Assembly: GCA_046484135.1 (NCBI GenBank)
Contig: JAWOBU010000184.1
Span: forward strand, 1 to 18,560
DNA: 18,560 bases
From: a bacterium
GTDB taxonomy: Bacteria > RBG-13-61-14 > DATKZS01
Direction of reading: 5' to 3'
Under the pieces are notes generated by a model. That model ran no database searches. It was not told where the DNA came from and saw only the letters and a program-made list of their open reading frames with translations. Positions within the stretch are counted from its first letter, which is position 1. The number at the start of each line of letters is the position of its first letter. Shown in pieces: positions 8,137 through 14,961 of the stretch. The translations under genes were made by a program, and so were the position numbers.

Positions 8137-9651
8137 ATGATAGTTGAAGGCAAGGACGTTCATGCCACGGTGCGGGAAGACGTGGACGTGTGCATTATCG
8201 GCAGCGGCGCAGGGGGTGCGCTGGCGGCGCTCGAGCTTTCGAGGCGGGGCCTTTCCGTGGTGGTGCTCGAGGAAGGGGGCGCCTACTTCCGTAAGGACTT
8301 CACCGGGGGGGTCAAGGACGCCATGAACCGGATGTACCGGAACCAGGGCGCGGACCTGACCACGGGCTGGCCCGCGGTCATGGTCCCGTCGGGAAGTTGC
8401 CTGGGCGGGACCACGGTGGTGAACATGGGCACCAGCTTCCGGGCGCCCGACCCGGTTCTGCAAGCGTGGTCGGACCAGGGCCTGGAAGATTACGGCCCGG
8501 AGGAGATGTCCTCCTACTACGACCGGGTCGAGGACCTGATGAGCATCCGGGAGGTGAAGCCCGAGGTCATGGGCAGGGGAGGCGAGATCATAGCGGAGGG
8601 GGCTGAAAAGCTCGGTCTTCATCCCAAGCCCCTCCGCAGGAACGTGTCCGACGCCTGCCGCGGCTGCGGCAACTGTTCTTACGGCTGTACCGAGGATGCC
8701 AAGCAGTCCATGGCGGTAAACGTCATTCCCGAGGCCGAGTCCAATGGAGCGAAGTTTTACTGCGACACCCGGGCGACCATGCTGGTCCACGACAAGGAAA
8801 AGGTCTGCGGGGTGCACGGCAAGGTGCTGGACCGGGAGACGAGGGAGTTCCGGCACAACGTGGACATCTCCGCCCGGGTGGTGGTCCTCTCGGCAGGCGC
8901 TTTCCATACTCCCGCCTTTCTTCTTTACAACGATATGTGCAACCGGAGCGGACAGGTGGGCAAGAACCTGAAGCTCCACCTGTGCGGCCGGGCCACCGGC
9001 ATCTTTGACGAGGTCATAGATTCCCATAAAGGTGTCTGCCAGAACCTTTACATTGATGACTACTATGACCAGGGCATCATGCTGGAGGCGACCTTTACCA
9101 GCCCGGCCTCCCAGCTCCTGGGGATCATCGGAAACGGACAGCACTTCTGGGACCTGGTCCGCCAGTACCGCTACATGGCCAGCCTGGGACTGATGATAAG
9201 CGAGAAAGGCTCGGGCAAGGTCAAGGCCGACTCGAAGGGACAGCCGGAGATTTACTTCAGTGTCGAGCAGGAGGACGCCGAGACTCTGCACCAGGCAATG
9301 ATCATTGCCGACCGCATCCTGTTCATGGCCGGAGCCAAAAAGGTCATAAACGCCAACTTTGCCGCGCCGGAAGTAAACAGCATCACCGAGCTAGATAAGC
9401 TGGCCCGCGAGAAAACCAGGCCCGCCGACTTCATGATCATGGCCTTCCATCCACAGGGCACCTGCCGGATGGGGACCAACCCCAAAAAGAGCGTGGTCGC
9501 GCCCACCGGCGAGTGCCACGACCTCGCAAATCTCTACATCGCGGACGCAAGTATCTTTCCGACCTCCCTGGGAGTGAACCCGCAGGAAACCATATGGGCC
9601 ATGACCCTGAAAGTAACAGAGGCCCTGGCAAGGAACGTTTTCCAGAAATGA
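8137..9651 (+). CDS. GMC family FAD oxidoreductase (long-chain alcohol oxidase-like subgroup)
   Basis: DVCIIGSGAGG FAD motif, GSCLGGTTVVN, CRGCGNCSYGC cysteine cluster, VVLSAGAFHTP, VGKNLKLH, FHPQGTCRMG, NLYIADASIFPTSLGVNPQ. GGGAGG RBS before ATG 8137. Confidence 0.93.
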   Translation: MIVEGKDVHATVREDVDVCIIGSGAGGALAALELSRRGLSVVVLEEGGAYFRKDFTGGVKDAMNRMYRNQGADLTTGWPAVMVPSGSCLGGTTVVNMGTSFRAPDPVLQAWSDQGLEDYGPEEMSSYYDRVEDLMSIREVKPEVMGRGGEIIAEGAEKLGLHPKPLRRNVSDACRGCGNCSYGCTEDAKQSMAVNVIPEAESNGAKFYCDTRATMLVHDKEKVCGVHGKVLDRETREFRHNVDISARVVVLSAGAFHTPAFLLYNDMCNRSGQVGKNLKLHLCGRATGIFDEVIDSHKGVCQNLYIDDYYDQGIMLEATFTSPASQLLGIIGNGQHFWDLVRQYRYMASLGLMISEKGSGKVKADSKGQPEIYFSVEQEDAETLHQAMIIADRILFMAGAKKVINANFAAPEVNSITELDKLAREKTRPADFMIMAFHPQGTCRMGTNPKKSVVAPTGECHDLANLYIADASIFPTSLGVNPQETIWAMTLKVTEALARNVFQK

Positions 9652-11210
9652 GCGGAACGGAAAGCCCAACCCGCAACGAGGTCACCCGGCACGGCCCGAC
9701 TGCCGAGTGGACAGAGGACCGCCGGCACGAGAGGGCTTTCAAGCCGTTGGTCTTTCTTGCCGTACTTGCCGCAGTAGTTCTATACCTGCCCACCCTGGGG
9801 GGCGGGTTCCTGTGCGACGACTACTGGTACCTGGACCAGGCCCAGACCATAACCTTTACCGAGCATCCGGGCCAGTCCTTAAGAAAAGGCAACTTCTACT
9901 ACTTTCGGCCGTTGCCTTCCCTGGCCTGGAGCGCCATGTATGACTTCTTTTCTTTGCACAGCTCCTTCTACCGGGCCGCAAGCCTCCTGCTCCATGTCCT
10001 CACCATACTGGCGGTGGCCGGACTGGCAAGACGCGTCATAAAAAGCGAACTCGCAGGCGGAACGGCCGCGCTTCTTTTCGCAGTGTTTCCGCTCCACCCC
10101 GAAGCAGTGGCCTGGGTGTCTGCGAACGCAGACATGATGGCCGCCCTGTTCGCCGCGCTTTCGCTCTCCGCCTACTTTGCCTGGCGCGAAGGGCACCGGC
10201 GGTCCCTTATACCCGCGCTCGGGTTTGCGCTTCTTGCCATGCTAAGCAAGGAGTCGGCATACGTCATACCCGTGCTCGCGCTTTTGGGCGAGTTTCTTCC
10301 CGGAAAGGCAAGAAGCGCGGGCCGGCGCCGCCGGGCACTGGCCGCCCTGTTCGGTGTGGCCGCGGCAGTGATTCTTGTAAAGCTCCTGGTTTGCGGCGGA
10401 CAGCTTCGGCCGCCCACCGGCTCGACTCCTATCTCCTGGTGGCCCGGCAACCTGGGGATGGGACTGCTCCGGCTTTTCTTTCCCTCGGCGCGGGGAGCGG
10501 CCGCGGTGTACTCGAATTACCTGTTCGTGGCCGCGCTCGCCCTTGCCTTGTTGTCCTTTGCCTTGAAAAAGGGCGCCTGGAAGATACCGCTTTTCGGAGC
10601 TCTTTTTGCCCTGGCCGCACTTCTGCCTCCCGCTTCAGTAGGCAGGCTTGGTCCCCACCTCGAGTTCTCCCGCGTTATGTACCTGCCCTCCATGGGCTTC
10701 GTACTCTGCCTCGCCGCCCTCTTGGCGCCGGCCAAGGCGAAAAGTAACGCGCAAAAAAGGATTCGCCATGGACGCCTGCTTTCCGCTGTTTCCGCGGCTC
10801 TCGCCTGCGCCGCCCTTTTCGCGGGCTCTGCCGCCAACTTAAAGCCATGGATGGAAGCGGGCAAGGCGTCAAAGGCGGTTAACCGGGCCTTCCTGGAACA
10901 GGCAAAGGAGTTTCAGCCCGGCCAGTCAGTCCTGGTTGAGAACCTCGATCGTACTTACAAGGGAGTGCCTTTTCACTCCAACTCTTATACCCTGTCGGTG
11001 GCCTTTTCCATGGCCCGGTTTCCGGAGAAGTGGAAAGAGCGGGGCTTCGAGGACAGGCACAGTCTGCCCGTTTACGCGGTCCTGGACGAGGCCCCTTCCA
11101 TCGAGGCCAGGATGACGCCCGTAAAGAAGCTAAGAGAGCTAAAGAAGTCTGCTCACCCCGCTTTCGATTATCACCTGGTGTGGGAAACCAAGGAGCCGGA
11201 CGGAAAATAA
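9648..11210 (+). CDS. Polytopic GT-C fold glycosyltransferase (PMT/ArnT/TMTC-like), no TPR tail
   Basis: After TM1: FLCDDY..L, YFRPL, LLFAVFPLHPEAVAWVS, LAMLSKESA, R.MYLPS; many TM segments. ATG 9648 overlaps the GMC TGA (ATGA). Confidence 0.78.
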   Translation: MSGTESPTRNEVTRHGPTAEWTEDRRHERAFKPLVFLAVLAAVVLYLPTLGGGFLCDDYWYLDQAQTITFTEHPGQSLRKGNFYYFRPLPSLAWSAMYDFFSLHSSFYRAASLLLHVLTILAVAGLARRVIKSELAGGTAALLFAVFPLHPEAVAWVSANADMMAALFAALSLSAYFAWREGHRRSLIPALGFALLAMLSKESAYVIPVLALLGEFLPGKARSAGRRRRALAALFGVAAAVILVKLLVCGGQLRPPTGSTPISWWPGNLGMGLLRLFFPSARGAAAVYSNYLFVAALALALLSFALKKGAWKIPLFGALFALAALLPPASVGRLGPHLEFSRVMYLPSMGFVLCLAALLAPAKAKSNAQKRIRHGRLLSAVSAALACAALFAGSAANLKPWMEAGKASKAVNRAFLEQAKEFQPGQSVLVENLDRTYKGVPFHSNSYTLSVAFSMARFPEKWKERGFEDRHSLPVYAVLDEAPSIEARMTPVKKLRELKKSAHPAFDYHLVWETKEPDGK

Positions 11211-11284
11211 CGGCGGGTGTAGAAAGCCGCTGGAACAAATAGTGTGTCGTGCTAAAATATACACACGGGAGGACAAGAGAAGCT

Positions 11285-11599
11285 ATGCCGGTCTATGAGT
11301 ACGAACATACCGGGCAATCATGCAGCCGCGGCAAGGTGTTCGAGATCGAGCAGTCCATAAAGGAAGACCCGCTCGAGGTCTGTCCCGACTGCGGAGGGCC
11401 CGTCAAAAGGCTTATAAGCACGCCCTCCCTGTCGTTCCCCAAAACCAACAGCGACTTAAAGAACATGGGCTTTACCAAGCTGGTCCGAAGAGACCACGGC
11501 GTGTACGAGAACGTGACCGCCAAGGAAGGCGAGAGCAAGGTAACCGATCTTCGGGACCAGAGCACCTACCCGGACTTCAAGTCCAAGGTGGGAGACTGA
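11285..11599 (+). CDS. FmdB family zinc-ribbon protein
   Basis: MPVYEYE..C....FE..QSI...PL..CPDCGG.VKRLIS. Start at ATG 11285 matches the family N-terminus. Confidence 0.88.
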   Translation: MPVYEYEHTGQSCSRGKVFEIEQSIKEDPLEVCPDCGGPVKRLISTPSLSFPKTNSDLKNMGFTKLVRRDHGVYENVTAKEGESKVTDLRDQSTYPDFKSKVGD

Positions 11600-11609
11600 A
11601 AGTTTTATA

Positions 11610-11741
11610 ACGCAAAGCCGCCAAGGCGGGAAGAATGTTGGAGCTTTTTGAATTGAAGAGCAAACATGCAGACTCTTGATATAGAATAAAGAAAAGGCTC
11701 AATCTTGTTATTTTTTTCTTTGCGGCTCTGCGCCTTTGCGT
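11610..11741. repeat. Intergenic REP/MITE-like element with imperfect inverted arms built from an 8-bp periodic unit
   Basis: 11610-11635 ACGCAAAGCCGCCAAGGCGGGAAGAA versus reverse complement of 11716-11741 ACGCAAAGGCGCAGAGCCGCAAAGAA (20/26 by hand). AT-rich 80-bp spacer; lies between convergent genes. Confidence 0.65.
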
Positions 11742-11784
11742 GAAACAAATCTTTTTGGGACAAAAGTGTGCCTGATTATAGCTT

Positions 11785-12279
11785 TTACTTTTCCGCGCGC
11801 CGGTAGACGGGACGGAGCAGTTTCCACACCTTTTCCTCCAGCTTGCGGATGCGCGAGGAGTTCTCCGCCAGCTTGTCCCGGAGCTCGGGATGGTTGTCCA
11901 GGTACTCGGACCTTTTGGCAAGCTCTTCGGTGGCCCGCCAGGAGCGGTGGTACTCACTGGGAGTGGTGTCGTACTTTTCGAACAACGCGCGGAGCTTCTG
12001 CTTTTTTTCCTTTTCATGTATCTGCAGGTCTTTTCGGGCCGCCAGGGGCCGTTCATGGAACTCGAGGATTTTTATCATGTGCTTATAGCTGGAGATCAGA
12101 AGCTCCTGCCGTTCCAGGGCCAGTTGGTAGTACTTTTCCGGGGGAAGGGGCTCTGCTTTCTTTTCGGCCTTCTCCTGACTGTCTTTCCTCGGGCTCCGGT
12201 CGTTCCCGGCCGCGGGGTATGCGGTCGCGGCCAGTATCAGTATCAAAAGGCCGGCCATAACGGTTAGCTTGCACTTCAT
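11785..12279 (-). CDS. Secreted alpha-helical hypothetical protein
   Basis: Sec-type signal (MKCKLTVMAGLLILILAATAYPA), charged helical body, GGAG RBS; similar to the neighbouring gene product. Confidence 0.8.
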   Translation of the reverse strand: MKCKLTVMAGLLILILAATAYPAAGNDRSPRKDSQEKAEKKAEPLPPEKYYQLALERQELLISSYKHMIKILEFHERPLAARKDLQIHEKEKKQKLRALFEKYDTTPSEYHRSWRATEELAKRSEYLDNHPELRDKLAENSSRIRKLEEKVWKLLRPVYRRAEK

Positions 12280-12368
12280 ACTCCCACTCCAGTTAAGCCT
12301 TAATTTTTACCCGTTGGGAAACTTTTAATAAAGTCCGGGATTGACGTGCCCTGTAATATATGAGGTCC

Positions 12369-13067
12369 TTACTCGCCGGTGGAGCCGGGTGCAGGAGCCG
12401 GCTCTGCCTGCTGAGGCGCCGTGGGAGGACGCCTCATTTTCGGCAGTCCGCGTCTTTTATCCTGGCCATGGCCCGGTCCGCCCCGTTTCTCGCGAAGCTC
12501 TTGCCTGAGCCGGCTCATCTTTTCGGAAAGCTCTCTTTGCTTTTCGCTGAGCTCGGGGTGGTCCTTCAGGTAGTTCTGCCTTTGGGTCTTGACCTCGGAA
12601 GCGTTCTCTCCCCGCGGATAAAACCGGTGGGGCATGATGTCGTACTCGTTCCAGACGGACTGCATTTCATCCCGCTGATCCATGCTGATCCGCTGGAGAC
12701 GATCCTTCAGCTCCTCCGGTTTGTCCGTAAGCTCCTGGTAAGCAGAAAGGCGCTTTTCAAGATACTTTACCACCAACTGCCGCCTTTTTAGCTGGATTTC
12801 CCAGTACTCCTCGGGAGAGAGGGTCTCCTCACTCTCGCCCCTTTGCTGTAAGGCACGGGCGCTGGGCTTCGGAGCACTTGCAACCTCCTTGTCCTCTTTT
12901 CGAGGAGCCTTCCGCGCGGTGTCCCCCGAGGTCCGGCTCACAGCGGGCTCGCTCTTGTCCGACTCTTCCTTCTTTTCTTCAGGGGTCTTACAGGCGGACA
13001 CACAGAACGCCGCCGCCAGAACCAGAACTCCGGTAAATCTAAACATCCTCGCTGCAACTCCGGTCAT
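12369..13067 (-). CDS. Alpha-helical hypothetical lipoprotein
   Basis: ATG 13067 after GGGAGG RBS; signal with lipobox VSAC; low-complexity linker, then a domain similar to 11785-12279. Confidence 0.8.
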   Translation of the reverse strand: MTGVAARMFRFTGVLVLAAAFCVSACKTPEEKKEESDKSEPAVSRTSGDTARKAPRKEDKEVASAPKPSARALQQRGESEETLSPEEYWEIQLKRRQLVVKYLEKRLSAYQELTDKPEELKDRLQRISMDQRDEMQSVWNEYDIMPHRFYPRGENASEVKTQRQNYLKDHPELSEKQRELSEKMSRLRQELREKRGGPGHGQDKRRGLPKMRRPPTAPQQAEPAPAPGSTGE

Positions 13068-13264
13068 CGTGTTCCTCCCGCTAATGGGGCCCTGCCGCTC
13101 GAAGCTTATGGCTGCCAGCTTCATGAAGGATTATAGCTACGGACGGCCAACCGGTCAAATGGTCTGCGGCCTCCTCCGGAAAAGCCATTTAAACATGAGA
13201 CAAAAAAGGAGTGTAACTGTTCCCGGCTTCCCGCTCGCCTTGCAGGACGGCTGCGAAGGGCTCT

Positions 13265-14770
13265 TCAGCCGTTGTTGTTGTCGGGGTGCATTCTTCCTGC
13301 CATTTCCTCGAGGTCTTTTTTCAACACGGAGGAGAGGCTCTGGCCGGTTCTTCGCTCCAGCGCCTTTTTCCGGTTTTGGTGAAAGACAATCCCGAGTGCG
13401 AACCAGACCAGGAACAGGGCGGGATAGGCCCAGTGCTGATCAGCGAGGTCAACGAGCAGGATGAGGATGAGGAGCGCAGAGGTTATGATACCGATGCCGG
13501 GCGCAACGTAAAGCATGAACCCTTTCAGGCGGTAGCCGGGAGCGTGGTAGACCTCCGGCAACCGCCTCGGAAGCAGGATAGCGGCTATCATGGAAGGGAT
13601 AAAGATGATCATGCCGCCGATAGTGGCGTAAGCCGCGAAGATTTCGATACCGGCGTCAAGAAGTACGGCAACGACCGCCAAGCCCCACATAATGGTGAGG
13701 AACAGGGCAGGGGTCCCGAACCGGGATGTGCGTGCAAGCCGCTTGGGCATGATGCCGTCGTTGGCGACCACCAGGAGCGACTTGGTGGCCCACATAAAGG
13801 TCCCGTTCAAGGTGGTGGTAAAAGCGAACATGGCGCCTCCCACCAGGAAAAAGATAAAAAGCGCGCCCAGGGGCTGGCCTGACTCCTCTTGCGGCTTTTT
13901 ATCGAGGACTGCCGCGCCATTGCCGACATCTTCTTGCAGGCTATTCGGCGGAGCCGGCCCCGCATCGCACATAAAGGTTTTCGCCGGCTGGGTCAGGTTG
14001 GCGTTGTCCCCGTATTGCATCCATTCCTTTAAATCAATGCTCCCCACCGCCGAGACCGACACCAGCACGTAAAGCACTGTAACCGCGGGTATGCTGATCA
14101 GAAGCGACCGGGGTATGTTCTTGACCGGGTTTTTTATCTCGGCTCCCAGCTCGATCACCGAGTTGGCACCCTGCAAGGCAAAGGTAAGGATACAGGCCGA
14201 CACCAGGAAACCGCCCGCGCCTCCGGCGAACAAAGGATCGAAGTTTGCGGGCTCGATATGGGGAAGACCGCCGAACCCGAACACCAGGAGCGCGGCCACC
14301 AGCACCGCTACCATGAGGCCCTGCACCTGGGTGGCAAGTGAGATGCCGAACAGGTTCACCAGGTAGAACAGGGTAAGCAGTAAAATCGCGGAGAGCTTGA
14401 GGGGCAGATGAGGCCACACCGCTTGCAGGTAATGCACGCACTCGGTGGCGTACATGGGAAAGGCGCCGAACACCAGCCCCAGCGCGTAACACCACACGCC
14501 CACCGTGGCCCAGGCGGGAGAGAACAGGCGGGAAGGATACCGGTAGGTCCCGCCCGCAGTCGGGAGCATGGAACCCAGCATCCCCACCGTCATCATGATA
14601 AAAACGATGGGCACCGCGGCAGCAACAAAGGCAAGCGGCACCGCGGGTCCCGTCCGCCGGGCGGCCAGCGCGGTCAGGGAAAACACGCCCGCCCCTACCG
14701 TGGTGCCGACCTCGATGGCCACCAGGCCCCCCAGACCGATCACCCGCTTTAAGCCGAACTCCTCGCCCAT
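13265..14770 (-). CDS. APC family amino acid permease
   Basis: LKRVIGL..LVAI.VGTTVGAGVF (TM1), PTAGGTY.Y, ELGAEIKNP.KNIPRSL, DGIMPK.LA; about 12 TM segments. Confidence 0.92.
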   Translation of the reverse strand: MGEEFGLKRVIGLGGLVAIEVGTTVGAGVFSLTALAARRTGPAVPLAFVAAAVPIVFIMMTVGMLGSMLPTAGGTYRYPSRLFSPAWATVGVWCYALGLVFGAFPMYATECVHYLQAVWPHLPLKLSAILLLTLFYLVNLFGISLATQVQGLMVAVLVAALLVFGFGGLPHIEPANFDPLFAGGAGGFLVSACILTFALQGANSVIELGAEIKNPVKNIPRSLLISIPAVTVLYVLVSVSAVGSIDLKEWMQYGDNANLTQPAKTFMCDAGPAPPNSLQEDVGNGAAVLDKKPQEESGQPLGALFIFFLVGGAMFAFTTTLNGTFMWATKSLLVVANDGIMPKRLARTSRFGTPALFLTIMWGLAVVAVLLDAGIEIFAAYATIGGMIIFIPSMIAAILLPRRLPEVYHAPGYRLKGFMLYVAPGIGIITSALLILILLVDLADQHWAYPALFLVWFALGIVFHQNRKKALERRTGQSLSSVLKKDLEEMAGRMHPDNNNG

Positions 14771-14961
14771 GCTCCTGTCCTCCGGTTAAGCCTTGCCAGG
14801 ATTATACAAAAAAACGCCCGACGGAAACATTCCCCTTTTTCAAACCGCTTTCAATTAAAGTGAAGAGAAGGACCACAGAATAAAGTTTGTCCTTGCATAG
14901 AGCTCGATGATTGGTTTATATCATAGAAGAGACAAGAAAATGGCCCCCAAAGGAGAAAAAC

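Noticed and set aside
8002..9291. 429-aa minus-strand ORF
   Set aside because: Antisense shadow of the GMC oxidoreductase.
9513..9647. Upstream start of the glycosyltransferase ORF
   Set aside because: Would overlap the GMC gene by about 140 nt; the ATGA overlap at 9648 is more plausible.
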